From IMG/VR virus record IMGVR_UViG_3300027628_000009, positions 65,742 to 92,497 of that record: 26,756 bases of DNA. One strand, written 5' to 3'. The stretch is from a virus. The notes below the pieces were generated by a model. It ran no database searches. It saw nothing but the letters and a program-made list of their open reading frames with translations, and was not told where the DNA came from. Made by a program: the position numbers and the translations under genes. The stretch's first letter is position 1. Every line of letters begins with the position of its first letter. Shown piece by piece: positions 1 to 9,098 of this stretch.

Positions 1-875
1 TAATCCACTTCGATATATTTATAACCTTTTAAAATAGCAATTTCTTTTTTATATTTATCATTCTCTTGTTCTTCTTTTAAAGTTCTTCCTTTGAAAAAAT
101 CAACTTCCTCATAATGTTGTTTCCCATGAACTTCTATCAAAACTCCTTCTTTCACTAAAAAGAAATCATATTTTCTATTATTACCTAAAACAAATTGTTC
201 TTTATAATCTATATCATTAGACATTAACCACTTTCCAATGATTTTTTCTCCCTTTGATTCACTGCAAGAAGGACATCTTCGACCAGCACTATAATTATTT
301 GGACTCATTTCATGTGGTTTATGCCCACAATTAAAGTCAATAATGACTTTTTTCTTAGTGCTTTCAAATTCACTCAATAATTCATGACCATTTTCTTTAA
401 TTAATTTTAGAAAATTCTCTTGAGAGTGTTGATTACATATGCCACTACAACAAGCACAATTGACATTTTTATATTGATAGTCTTTAGGAGTTAAATCATG
501 AGGTTTGTGTCCACAATTAAAATCAATTGTGACTTTTTTGTTTTTATTCTCATAAGGAGTTAGAAGCAAATGCCCATTTTCTTTTACTAAACTTTCAAAT
601 TTTTCTCCTGCATGTTGCGAGCAAATATTACTACAACAAGCACATTTAATTCCATTTTTATAATCATATGGTCTAATAAGGTGTGGTTTATGTCCACAAT
701 TAAAGTCAATTAATACATTATCATTTTCTCTTTTGTATTTGCCGATTAGTTGGTGATTATTTTCGTGTAGTAAATCTATTAATTTATCCAAACCAACCTT
801 AATTCTATTGTTGAATTCTCCATTTTTCTTAAACAATTTAACATTTACATCTAATTGAATCCCACGATAAAACAT
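1..875 (-). CDS. Free-standing endonuclease (partial, runs off left edge): three Zn-binding repeats plus C-terminal Vsr/DUF559-like (EDxHD-type) nuclease domain; probable homing endonuclease
   Basis: Not in ORF track (no stop in window). Hand translation from ATG 875 (GGGTGA RBS upstream): MFYRGIQLDV..., three ~59-aa repeats 'ENxHxL...VxIDFNCGHKPH..P..Y....CxxCS', then SKGEKII..WL...YDFFL...LIEVHGKQHYEE...NDKYKKEIA, typical of Vsr-like PD-(D/E)xK homing nucleases. Confidence 0.8.
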   Translation of the reverse strand, partial: MFYRGIQLDVNVKLFKKNGEFNNRIKVGLDKLIDLLHENNHQLIGKYKRENDNVLIDFNCGHKPHLIRPYDYKNGIKCACCSNICSQHAGEKFESLVKENGHLLLTPYENKNKKVTIDFNCGHKPHDLTPKDYQYKNVNCACCSGICNQHSQENFLKLIKENGHELLSEFESTKKKVIIDFNCGHKPHEMSPNNYSAGRRCPSCSESKGEKIIGKWLMSNDIDYKEQFVLGNNRKYDFFLVKEGVLIEVHGKQHYEEVDFFKGRTLKEEQENDKYKKEIAILKGYKYIEVD

Positions 876-910
876 TTTAATTCACCCATTTCTCACTGTT
901 TGATGAATGA

Positions 911-941
911 GTTATAGGTAAATTGTTTTTATTGTGGGTCA
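911..941 (-). promoter_or_regulatory. Phage promoter motif copy 1 (TGACCCACA-N15-CTATAAC)
   Basis: plus strand gttatag 911-917 and tgtgggtca 933-941; upstream of ATG 875, just after the primase terminator. Confidence 0.8.
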
Positions 942-950
942 CTTTTAAAT

Positions 951-977
951 AAAAAAAAGACGCTTAAATAGCGCCTT
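951..977 (-). terminator. Rho-independent terminator after primase
   Basis: minus strand AGGCGCT-ATTTA-AGCGTCT followed by a T-run. Confidence 0.65.
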
Positions 978-2043
978 GTAATTCATGATTCATTTCTATT
1001 CTATTGATGAATAATTGCTTAAAGATATCAATTCCTTTATCTGTTGGACTATCCTTTTCTTCAAGAAGATTTAACCAATCCCAAATAACAGAAACTTTAG
1101 AATATGGCATTAATTTGTCAACAAATCCTTCTTTAATCTTCTTAGCATAATTTTGTTCTTCTAGTGTTCCAGTTTGAGAAAACTCTTTATCCATTGCAAT
1201 TACCACTTCTTCAACACCAAGTTTCTTGATAATCTCTAGCTGGTAATTGGTTAAGAAGCTACCACTCACACAAACTGCTACTGACCAATTAGGAAACATG
1301 CTTTTAATCTGCATAACCGCCTTTTCACTTTCCACTAAAATCAGAGTTTTATAGGTTTGTATATAGCGTAAATTGAGGTTTAGGCCATATAAATTGGCTC
1401 CTGTTGGATGATTATAGAAATTGCGACCAACTCTTAAAGGAACATATTTAAGTCCATTCTCGACCAATTTAGGATTGAAGTTTCTCTTTCTTATTCCAAT
1501 GAGATTTCCTTCAGAATCATAATGTGGAATGATTATTGCTTGGTCTGAAATAGACACTTTAATTCCAAACTCCATCATAGCTTCAATTGATATTCCATCA
1601 TCAATCCAATTTTGCATATAAATGTCATAATAATCATCTAGTACAGTTGGGTCAACTTTAGGAAGTTCAATTGTATTTGCTTCTTTTCTCTTCCATCTTT
1701 TTAAAATAGCCAAGTCTTCACTCATTGAAGAGTTATCGCCCATTTGATTACTATTAGTCAATGTCATTCCAAAACGATTTGCCAACCATTTAAGTGCCGG
1801 ATAAAAGTCTAATTGATTTACATTTTGAACCAATTCTATAACATCAAAAGAACCACAATGAGTATAACAATGGAAGGTTCTGCTCTCGGAATAATAATAC
1901 ATTTTATGACTATCACCACAATGGCAAATAGTTAAAGAAAGTATATTTCCTTTGTTGTCGTATTTAGGTTTGGCTCCCATTTCATCAAGAAGAGTAAATA
2001 TATCATTGTCACTTAGGTTTTCTTTTAGTTCTTTGATATCCAT
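964..2043 (-). CDS. dnaG: DNA primase (CHC2-like Zn finger + TOPRIM), SPbeta YorJ-like
   Basis: N-terminal CH...FHCYTHC Zn finger; TOPRIM motifs LVESEKAV and IAMDKE, KDSPTDKG; adjacent to helicase. Confidence 0.88.
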   Translation of the reverse strand: MDIKELKENLSDNDIFTLLDEMGAKPKYDNKGNILSLTICHCGDSHKMYYYSESRTFHCYTHCGSFDVIELVQNVNQLDFYPALKWLANRFGMTLTNSNQMGDNSSMSEDLAILKRWKRKEANTIELPKVDPTVLDDYYDIYMQNWIDDGISIEAMMEFGIKVSISDQAIIIPHYDSEGNLIGIRKRNFNPKLVENGLKYVPLRVGRNFYNHPTGANLYGLNLNLRYIQTYKTLILVESEKAVMQIKSMFPNWSVAVCVSGSFLTNYQLEIIKKLGVEEVVIAMDKEFSQTGTLEEQNYAKKIKEGFVDKLMPYSKVSVIWDWLNLLEEKDSPTDKGIDIFKQLFINRIEMNHELQGAI

Positions 2044-2078
2044 AGTTCTAACTCCTTTTCATTGAGAAGAAGTCACAA

Positions 2079-2378
2079 TTAAGCAACTTCTTCATCTCTC
2101 AAGTGAATTTCAATTGGGTCAATATGTCTTTGCCATTGCAAATCATAATCAGTTACAAACAATGGAATTTCTCTCATTGTCTCTTTATCTCGATATGTCC
2201 AAACAATTACATCTGAATCTCCACCACGGTTTTTGAAAATCCAATGTGACATATTTGGTTGATAAGCAAATGTGTTCTTATATTCAGGTCTATCTAGAAT
2301 TGCTTTCAGTTTTTCTCTATCCGCATTTCTAGCTTTAAACATGAGCCATCCGTGGTCACATTTATCTGCCGTTGCTTG
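2079..2378 (-). CDS. dnaB: Replicative DnaB-like helicase, exon 2 (99 aa)
   Basis: QATADKCD..., KNRGG (arginine-finger motif). Joined to exon 1 gives LRGG|QATADKCD, colinear with DnaB motif H4 LRESGSIEQDAD. Confidence 0.85.
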   Translation of the reverse strand, partial: QATADKCDHGWLMFKARNADREKLKAILDRPEYKNTFAYQPNMSHWIFKNRGGDSDVIVWTYRDKETMREIPLFVTDYDLQWQRHIDPIEIHLRDEEVA

Positions 2379-3454
2379 CGCTAATTCCACATTTTCATGT
2401 GGGGCAGACTATCTCTTCATTGTTTGTTAGACAATGCTAGGCACTTCCACAAAAGGAGTTTCACCTTTTGTGTACTCTACTCACTTATTCTCTTAAAAAC
2501 TTACATAACGCTTTTAAGATATGCTTTCGATAGTCGTTACACCTTTTTTCTCTTCTCTTTTCCAATAATAGTTTTTATATTTTGTTCCTTGTCTAATATG
2601 TTTTAAAAGAGTTGTATGGTTTTTTAATCCAAGAAAATCAAGCGCTTCATAAATACTAGGATAGGTTTCTAGTAGTTTTCCACCATCATCATAACGGTAC
2701 ATTTTTCTAGAATTTTTGTTACGATATTGCTCTTTATAACCTTCCCTAGACCACAATTCTTTTGAAGCTTTTGACCAAAGTTTTTTACACTCACTTCTTT
2801 GACCAATTTCTTTTGAAATTTCTCTTCTTTTTTCCAACCATTGTTCCCACTCGTCTTCAGTGAGAACATCTTTAAAACTCTTGCCAAACATTGGGTTTTT
2901 TTCTCCTAGAGAAGCTTCTCTACACTTTTTAATCATTTGTTCTTTCAATTCTCCACTTTCATCCCACATCAGAGTATTTCCACCACTACCGCCTTTGTGA
3001 TAATTGGTTTCAGCTTGTCCTTCTAATTTATATTTATAAATTAATTCTTCTTCTAGATTCCAAGCTTCTTCTTCTGTTAGGTGTGATGAATGGATAGTTA
3101 CAAAAACTTCATGTTTTTCACAAATGCTTTTAAAATGTCTGTTTCTATTGTCCTTTGAGAATCTTCTTAGCTCTTTTCCTTTTCCTACATGAAATACTTT
3201 CATTGTATCTTTCTTCCAATATAGGTAGACATAAAAGTTATTATTAGAATTCATTTTTTATCTTCCTCCTTTTGGAAGAAGAGAAGAGAAAACTTGGCAC
3301 GATATTACCTTATGAGTTTATGTAATGTTTTAAACTGTTTTAAACATTACAACATAAATTCACTTAGGTTTCATCGTTAGCAACTAAAAAATTTAGTCAC
3401 ACCTTCATTTAGAAGTTCACCTAGTTTTTTTAGCGTGGAAGCCAATTTTACTAA
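2379..3454 (-). mobile_element. Group I self-splicing intron (IA-like, 1076 nt) in the helicase gene
   Basis: 5' exon ends in U (GGT|TTAG), intron ends in G (TTAGCG|CAA). IGS UUGGCUUCCAC pairs the 5' exon with a U.G wobble and the 3' exon CAA (P10). P3 CTAGG/CCTAG; P7 GACTATC (2529-2535) with S element AAGAGATAGTCT (2406-2417); P9 CCACAT-GAAA-ATGTGG (2387-2402); splicing restores the frame. Confidence 0.88.
2514..3254 (-). CDS. Intron-encoded GIY-YIG homing endonuclease with NUMOD3/NUMOD1-like DNA-binding modules
   Basis: FYVYLYW...VFHVGKG..RR, EEEAWNLEEELI, N..KGGSGG; GEKNPMFGKS (NUMOD3-like); YRYDDGGKLLETYPSIYEA (NUMOD1-like); 3' end overlaps intron P7; GGAGG RBS. Confidence 0.85.
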   Translation of the reverse strand: MNSNNNFYVYLYWKKDTMKVFHVGKGKELRRFSKDNRNRHFKSICEKHEVFVTIHSSHLTEEEAWNLEEELIYKYKLEGQAETNYHKGGSGGNTLMWDESGELKEQMIKKCREASLGEKNPMFGKSFKDVLTEDEWEQWLEKRREISKEIGQRSECKKLWSKASKELWSREGYKEQYRNKNSRKMYRYDDGGKLLETYPSIYEALDFLGLKNHTTLLKHIRQGTKYKNYYWKREEKKGVTTIESIS

Positions 3455-4723
3455 ACCACCACGTAAACAAGTAGCGTCTCTATTATCAGTGTCCTTATGA
3501 TTTCTGTTTAACTGTGTGGATGAACACATAAACACATCAAATTTTTCAGCGATTGTTTTTAGTGCTTGAGCAAAGTTAACTAAGATTTGGTCTTCACGCA
3601 AATTCATTCCGAAATTAGAAGCCATTGTTCTTGCTAACTTAGGTGTGATTTGGATGTAGTCAAAGTAGACATACTCAACACCAAAATCTAAAATGTGTTC
3701 TTCAATGATGTTTTCAATATCTTCAATAGAGAAGTCAGGAATATAAACAACAAAGATAGGAGCCTTTTCTAATACATTAATTGCAGTTGCTAATCTTTGT
3801 GTGATATCTGCTGAATATTTACCATTCTTAATAACTGATACTGCAACACCACTGATATAGGCCAGCATGTTAATTTGTAGTTCATCTTTGTCAATCTCCG
3901 TTGAGATTAAAAGAGTTGGCTTTGCTCTATTTGGTCTTTGCTTCCAATCTTTAACACCATAATCATAGATGTGTGAGCAACCTAAATCACAAGCGTCAAT
4001 CAAGGAACTAAATGTTTTACCTGTTCCTGTTCCACCTGAACGCAAAAGGAATTTTCCTTTGTTCTTACCACGGAATAAAGTATTGAAGTAACCATTATTG
4101 AACGGCTCTCCATAAACAGGTTCTTCATTCATACGGTTCAACAATCCACGAATTCCTTCACCGGCTTTAAAGTTTTTTGAATCCTTTGTGATTGTCCATT
4201 CAGAACGTAATTTAGTAAACTTAGCTTGGAAGAAATCAACTATTTCATTAATTTCCATAGCGTCAAACTTCTTCATCTTTTCTTGGTGTTTCACAATGTC
4301 TGTATCAGTGTCCATGCTAGGATAAATTTGTGTAATATCAATTCCATGATATTGATAATCTCTAAGTAAAGATTGTTTCTTTACCCTTTTATAATTGAAC
4401 TCAAAGTTATCAGCGTTTGAATTTTCAATGACTGTATAGAGAAATTCAACTCCACCATACTTTTGCCATTTCTCAAATTGTTTTGGATATCCAGCAATAT
4501 AAGTGTCCACATCTGAAGGAGCAACTTGTCTTGGATTTCCTCCACCATAAACAATGTCATTGATTGCAGTGAAAACTATTTTGTGAAATTCATCATTAAA
4601 ATCTTTCTGTTGCAACTGTGACTTTCTTAGCTTTTGAGTATCATTACATATTGCTCCTAAAACTTGGAGTGCTGATTCTCTCGGATACAATTCTGTTTTT
4701 TTCATAGTTGTTGTATCACTCAC
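3455..4723 (-). CDS. dnaB: Replicative DnaB-like helicase, exon 1 (423 aa; spliced product ~522 aa), SPbeta YorI-like
   Basis: Walker A GGTGTGKT, ISTE, Walker B YVYFDYIQ, STQLNR, LRGG; GTG start with GGAGG RBS; track ORF reads 25 codons into the intron to stop at 3377. Confidence 0.9.
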
Positions 4724-4724
4724 T

Positions 4725-5213
4725 CTATAAACCCTCCATGCCTAAAATTTTACTTTCTTTGTATTTATTAGTTGACCGGCCAACACTGACCACAACTTTA
4801 GTTTCTTTAATTTCAAAACCCTTTGTTTGTTCTTGCATATCTTTTTGTTTCACATACCAATCTTTTGCTTTGTCATAATAATAAGGAAGCAAAGCAACTC
4901 CACGATTATCAAATTCAATATTCTCAATGGCCACCATGTAATGAAGAGTGAAAGACATACCTTTGTACTTCATACCTTCATTTCTGAATTTCTTGATTTG
5001 TGTTTGTACCAATCTTTCAACACTAGAAAATCCATTACCTGAAAATATCTCTTTGACTTGTGCATATAAGTTGTTTCTATCTGTTGTCTCTTGAAGCACA
5101 ACAGGATAACAAGTTGGACAATAATTCTTACTGCTTATCTCCTGAAGTTGTTCTTTAGGATATTTTCTATTTTCTTTTTCACATTCTTCTCCATAACATT
5201 TGTTTAATCTCAT
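4725..5213 (-). CDS. Zn-finger replication accessory protein upstream of helicase (SPbeta YorH-like, putative loader/partner)
   Basis: N-terminal CxxxxC...YCPTC; GMKYKGM..TLHY..GVALLPYYYDKA..WY; abuts helicase start. Family assignment from recall. Confidence 0.6.
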   Translation of the reverse strand: MRLNKCYGEECEKENRKYPKEQLQEISSKNYCPTCYPVVLQETTDRNNLYAQVKEIFSGNGFSSVERLVQTQIKKFRNEGMKYKGMSFTLHYMVAIENIEFDNRGVALLPYYYDKAKDWYVKQKDMQEQTKGFEIKETKVVVSVGRSTNKYKESKILGMEGL

Positions 5214-5224
5214 GAGCGACCACC

Positions 5225-5599
5225 TTACATTTGAACTGTTTTACCACAATTACGGCAATTTGAATAACGAACGATTTCAATTGTATTAAACCAATTTCTT
5301 GTTTCAACTTCTTCTGAAGTTGGTGCAAAATCATGGCCAGTCAATCGACAGTCTTTAAGGATTGCTGGAAAAGCTTCTGTAAATTCATCAAATACTGATT
5401 TACTAAGAATCTTGTGTTCATCACATTTAGAGCAGACAAGTTTATAACCTTTTTCATTTGGCATAGGAACTAAATCTGTAAGTCTCCATTCGTGAATGCA
5501 TGTGTTCTCATATTTAACAACTGGTATTTCTTGAATAACTGGTATTTCTTTCTTCTTTCTAAAGAAGTCAGCAACGACTTCACCTAAATTAATATTCAT
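5225..5599 (-). CDS. Hypothetical protein with two CxH/CxxC Zn-knuckle-like motifs
   Basis: CIHEW...CSKC and C..GHDF...CRNC; RBS GGGGA; preceded by promoter motif. Confidence 0.7.
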   Translation of the reverse strand: MNINLGEVVADFFRKKKEIPVIQEIPVVKYENTCIHEWRLTDLVPMPNEKGYKLVCSKCDEHKILSKSVFDEFTEAFPAILKDCRLTGHDFAPTSEEVETRNWFNTIEIVRYSNCRNCGKTVQM

Positions 5600-5639
5600 A
5601 TCTAAATCCCCTTTTTGACGTTCTATCTAGTTACATGAA

Positions 5640-5670
5640 GTTATAGATAAATGAAATCAATTGTGGGTCA
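5640..5670 (-). promoter_or_regulatory. Phage promoter motif copy 2
   Basis: gttatag 5640-5646 and tgtgggtca 5662-5670; heads the helicase-primase unit. Confidence 0.8.
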
Positions 5671-5671
5671 T

Positions 5672-5702
5672 AAAAAAGAAGAAATCTAAAAAAGATTTCT
5701 CC
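5672..5702 (-). terminator. Rho-independent terminator after ATP-cone gene
   Basis: minus strand AGAAATCT-TTTTT-AGATTTCT then CTTTTTT. Confidence 0.6.
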
Positions 5703-5711
5703 TTGAGTGAA

Positions 5712-5996
5712 TTATTTTTTTGAATCGCTATATCTGACATATTCCTTGTGAAGACTTAGGTGATAAGTTTGCAAGAACAACTTAACTGTTTCATCAATTC
5801 TTTCAATCTTAATGTGTGGTGCTTCTATATATGATTCAGCTATTTCCATTACAACCTTGATACAATTAGCAATGGTTTTAATTTCCTTTTCACTTACATT
5901 AATTGGTGAATCAGAATTAGCGTTTTTCAAAGCTTGTACTATTTTTAATGTTTGCCACGGCTCAATTGTTCCGTCTCTTTTGATTACTGATTTCAT
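5712..5996 (-). CDS. Stand-alone ATP-cone domain protein
   Basis: VIKRDGTIEPW...KIVQAL..A...IERIDETVK..L......KEYVRY matches ATP-cone signature; ATGA-coupled to tdk. Confidence 0.8.
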   Translation of the reverse strand: MKSVIKRDGTIEPWQTLKIVQALKNANSDSPINVSEKEIKTIANCIKVVMEIAESYIEAPHIKIERIDETVKLFLQTYHLSLHKEYVRYSDSKK

Positions 5997-6613
5997 GTTG
6001 ATTTCTCCTTTTCTATTTCATCATTCTCAAGTGGTTTTCTTAATTCATCTATTTCAATCTTACATTTGTCACATACTGTTTTATAAATCTCTTTTTCTAC
6101 TACAAATAAATTTTCATCATCTGTTAATCTGATATTGTGTTCTGCTAAATCTCCACAATAATCACAATCTGCTTCTAATCGAATAACATTGTAATCATCT
6201 AGAAAATACGCACCCATTGTAATTAATTTCCATGTTGATTCAAAAGGTTTGGAAAGGTAATCTTTTTCTAATCCATAACAAAATACATCATGTGTTTTTG
6301 CATATTCAATGATTGCATTCAAATGTTCTAATGGAGCAAATTGAACTTCATCTATGAACACCATATGACAGAATTCAAAAATTTCTAAGACTTCAGAAGC
6401 ACTTTTAATATTTGCTAGATTGTAAACACGCTCTATTTTGTTATCAAAGGCTCTACTTTCAATATCAACCCATTTTCTTTCATCATAAGGTTTATAAACA
6501 AAGATACCTATTGCTATTCCTGCTTTATAATAAATGTCTTTCATTGGTTTATATGTTTCTATTACATCTTTCGATTTGCCGGCTTTCATCAAACCCATTT
6601 TGACTATTAACAT
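5993..6613 (-). CDS. tdk: Thymidine kinase (type II/TK1 family)
   Basis: P-loop GLMKAGKS, IESR, FIDEVQF, YGLEKDY..KPF, Zn site CDYC...CDKC. Confidence 0.88.
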   Translation of the reverse strand: MLIVKMGLMKAGKSKDVIETYKPMKDIYYKAGIAIGIFVYKPYDERKWVDIESRAFDNKIERVYNLANIKSASEVLEIFEFCHMVFIDEVQFAPLEHLNAIIEYAKTHDVFCYGLEKDYLSKPFESTWKLITMGAYFLDDYNVIRLEADCDYCGDLAEHNIRLTDDENLFVVEKEIYKTVCDKCKIEIDELRKPLENDEIEKEKST

Positions 6614-6625
6614 TCTATTTGCTCC

Positions 6626-7147
6626 TTATACTTCTACTATTGTTTTCTTAATTGACATTTTCACTTCTTCCATTCTTACAGAAACTTTGAATGGTTCATC
6701 TTCACCAATTCTAGGAAGTACAGAAGTTGGTCTGTTAATGCTAAGTTCATAACCATTTTCACTTAATTTCAAAACCAATCTCTCAACATCACTAACATCA
6801 TTGAAGTCATGATTGTATAAGATATGGAATAAGTTTAAATCACCAATCAAAAACGCTTTCTGCTCTAGTTGTGACAACTTCATCCTAATAATTGAATCAA
6901 TTGTCTTTACATACCATTCATCCACAATGTCCATCATTGTGTTCAATGTATCTAATTGTGGAACTGGTGGAAGATTGCATTCTTTCAAATTTAAAGTGAA
7001 TTTTTCTTCCTTTCTTTCACTAACTTGCTTTGTTAGTTTAGGGCGAATAGTATTGATTCTTCCACATTTGTCACAAACATCATGCCAACAATAATACTCT
7101 CTACCACAATCTCCACATTCCATATCTCTAGGTTTCATTTTCACCAT
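6626..7147 (-). CDS. Hypothetical protein with N-terminal Zn ribbon
   Basis: CGDC...CDKC; GGAGTG RBS; follows promoter copy 3. Confidence 0.7.
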   Translation of the reverse strand: MVKMKPRDMECGDCGREYYCWHDVCDKCGRINTIRPKLTKQVSERKEEKFTLNLKECNLPPVPQLDTLNTMMDIVDEWYVKTIDSIIRMKLSQLEQKAFLIGDLNLFHILYNHDFNDVSDVERLVLKLSENGYELSINRPTSVLPRIGEDEPFKVSVRMEEVKMSIKKTIVEV

Positions 7148-7182
7148 TTATCTTCACTCCTTTTTGTTTTACATACAAAAGA

Positions 7183-7213
7183 GTTATAGTTATTTATTTT
7201 TCATTGTGGGTCA
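7183..7213 (-). promoter_or_regulatory. Phage promoter motif copy 3
   Basis: gttatag 7183-7189 and tgtgggtca 7205-7213; heads the Zn-ribbon/tdk/ATP-cone unit. Confidence 0.8.
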
Positions 7214-7220
7214 TTAAATT

Positions 7221-7250
7221 AAAAAATCCCCTAGAAAATTTCTAGAGGAC
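7221..7250 (-). terminator. Rho-independent terminator after nucleoside transporter
   Basis: minus strand TCCTCTAGAA-ATT-TTCTAGGGGA then TTTTTT. Confidence 0.7.
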
Positions 7251-7259
7251 TTTTGATTC

Positions 7260-8444
7260 TTATAGGAATAATCCAACAATTGTAGCTGATAGGATTGAAG
7301 CCATTGTTGCTACCAACAACATTTTTAAACCGAATTTAGAAATGACACTTGATTGTTTTTGGTCAAATCCTGCAACAGTTCCTTGAATGATACCAATTGA
7401 ACTGAAGTTTGCGAACGATACCAAGAATGTTGAGATAACTCCAACTGTTTTTGCAGATAGTTCAGGAATCATAGTCTGGAATCCTAACATTGCAACGAAT
7501 TCATTTGTAAGAATTTTTGTAGCCATTACAGAACCAGCTTGTACAGTTTCACCAATTGGAACACCCATGATGAAAGCGACAGGTGCTAATACATAACCAA
7601 GAATATCTTCAAGATTCATACCTACTAGACCATGTACACCAGCGTTAATTAGAGCCATTAATGATACATAAGCAATTAACATTCCGGCAACGATACCAGC
7701 CACTTTAAGGCCATCTAGAGCGCCATTTCCGATTGCTTCAAAGATGTTTTTATCTTTAACCATTTCACTGATTTTGATTTCTTTATCATCATCTGCTTTA
7801 ACAGGTGCAACCATTGAAGCAACAATCAATCCTGAAAGCACATTTAGTGGAAGTGCTACAAGAACATATTCTGCTGGAATCATACCCATGTAAGCTGAAA
7901 GGATTGAAGCAGAAACACTTGTCATTGAAGCAGTTGTAGCGATAAACAAACGGTTTCTATCCATTGCTGGAATGTGATTTTTGATTGCTAGTAAAGCACC
8001 AGTGTCTCCGAATACTGAAGAAGCTACTGTTGAGAATGCAAGCACATTTGGAATACCAGTGATTTTTGAAATGAATCCACCGATATACTTAATTGCTAAT
8101 GGTAAAATTCTGATATAGTTTAAAACTGATAATAGCGTTGAAGTGAATACTACCAATAGTAAAGTGTTTACGAAAAATACTGTTGTTCCTTCAGGAACCC
8201 ATCCACCAGTTACAAATCCGATACCTTCATAACCATAAGACATTACTTTAGTAAATCCATTTGCAATGTGTGTTAAAATCTTTCCACCAATTTTAGTTGA
8301 TAACATAAACCAAGTTACTGCTAATTGAAGTACAAATAGAATTCCTATTGCTTTATAGTTAATATTTTTCTTGTCATTTGATAATAACCAAGCCACACCT
8401 AATGTTAATACAATCCCTAAAACACCAATTAAAATTTCAGTCAT
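7260..8444 (-). CDS. nupC: Concentrative nucleoside transporter (CNT/NupC-NupG family)
   Basis: 394 aa polytopic membrane protein with CNT motifs: LSNDKKNIN, GI.FV.GG, FE AI..GAL.G.KVA, E.ILGY..AP.AF.MGVP, TKILTNEFVA, SFANFSSIGIIQG. Confidence 0.93.
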   Translation of the reverse strand: MTEILIGVLGIVLTLGVAWLLSNDKKNINYKAIGILFVLQLAVTWFMLSTKIGGKILTHIANGFTKVMSYGYEGIGFVTGGWVPEGTTVFFVNTLLLVVFTSTLLSVLNYIRILPLAIKYIGGFISKITGIPNVLAFSTVASSVFGDTGALLAIKNHIPAMDRNRLFIATTASMTSVSASILSAYMGMIPAEYVLVALPLNVLSGLIVASMVAPVKADDDKEIKISEMVKDKNIFEAIGNGALDGLKVAGIVAGMLIAYVSLMALINAGVHGLVGMNLEDILGYVLAPVAFIMGVPIGETVQAGSVMATKILTNEFVAMLGFQTMIPELSAKTVGVISTFLVSFANFSSIGIIQGTVAGFDQKQSSVISKFGLKMLLVATMASILSATIVGLFL

Positions 8445-8476
8445 TTGAATTTTTCTCCTTTAGTTTGTTTGAGTTT

Positions 8477-8749
8477 TTATTTGTATGCTATTGCTTGCAT
8501 TTTTGCCATTGCAGTCATAGCATTATAGATTTTTGCAATCAATTCTTTATTTGCTTCTAAATCTTCTTTTGAAAGATTATTCATTTCATAACTTAAATTA
8601 ATTAATCTTGTAGTGTTGCTCATGATATCCTCAATTGTTACTAGAGTTTGAGTCAGGATATATTCAGCGTTTTGCGTTTCATCTTTAGCGATTTCTGCAT
8701 AATCATCTTTGTCATTTACTTCTAATTCCTTTTTAATTTCATTGCTCAA
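8477..8749 (-). CDS. Hypothetical protein
   Basis: 90-aa ORF, GGGAG RBS, overlaps upstream gene. Confidence 0.65.
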   Translation of the reverse strand: MSNEIKKELEVNDKDDYAEIAKDETQNAEYILTQTLVTIEDIMSNTTRLINLSYEMNNLSKEDLEANKELIAKIYNAMTAMAKMQAIAYK

Positions 8750-9098
8750 TTTTAATACTCCCTTTCGCTTCTCGTAATTTCACTATATAAAGAACTTCAC
8801 CTATATGATTGTCAATGTTATCTACTAATTTAAGACAACGTTTTTTAAATAATTTATATAAGAATGGGTGTCTGTCTTTGTAACCTTCCATGAATTCTTG
8901 ACTTTTGCTCAAGATAGCAAGCAATTCTTTTTCATTTTTATAAAACATTTCTAGATGAAGAGAAGAATCATAACTCTCATATCTTTCTCTTAACTCATGA
9001 AGTGCTTCGTGTTGTGTGTTTAAAAGACTTTTAAACCCTAGAGATAAATGGTAGAAATCTTTAATTCCAGCTAACCAATCTTTATTAACTTTTGCCAT
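8739..9098 (-). CDS. Hypothetical protein
   Basis: 119-aa ORF, AGGAG RBS, tight packing. Confidence 0.7.
   Translation of the reverse strand: MAKVNKDWLAGIKDFYHLSLGFKSLLNTQHEALHELRERYESYDSSLHLEMFYKNEKELLAILSKSQEFMEGYKDRHPFLYKLFKKRCLKLVDNIDNHIGEVLYIVKLREAKGSIKIEQ

Noticed and set aside
320-710. TTTAATTGTGG(A/G)CA repeats resembling the promoter box
   Set aside because: They encode the FNCGH protein repeat, lie in the opposite orientation, and lack the exact 9-mer and second box
2381-3454. Alternative splice GGT GGT T|CG CAA (LRGGSQATADK)
   Set aside because: Adds one residue relative to DnaB motif H4 spacing and fits P1/P10 pairing worse than GGT|CAA
2079-4723. Helicase as pseudogene, two separate genes, or intein-containing
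   Set aside because: Stops separate the parts so it is not an intein; a group I core and a frame-restoring splice junction explain the split
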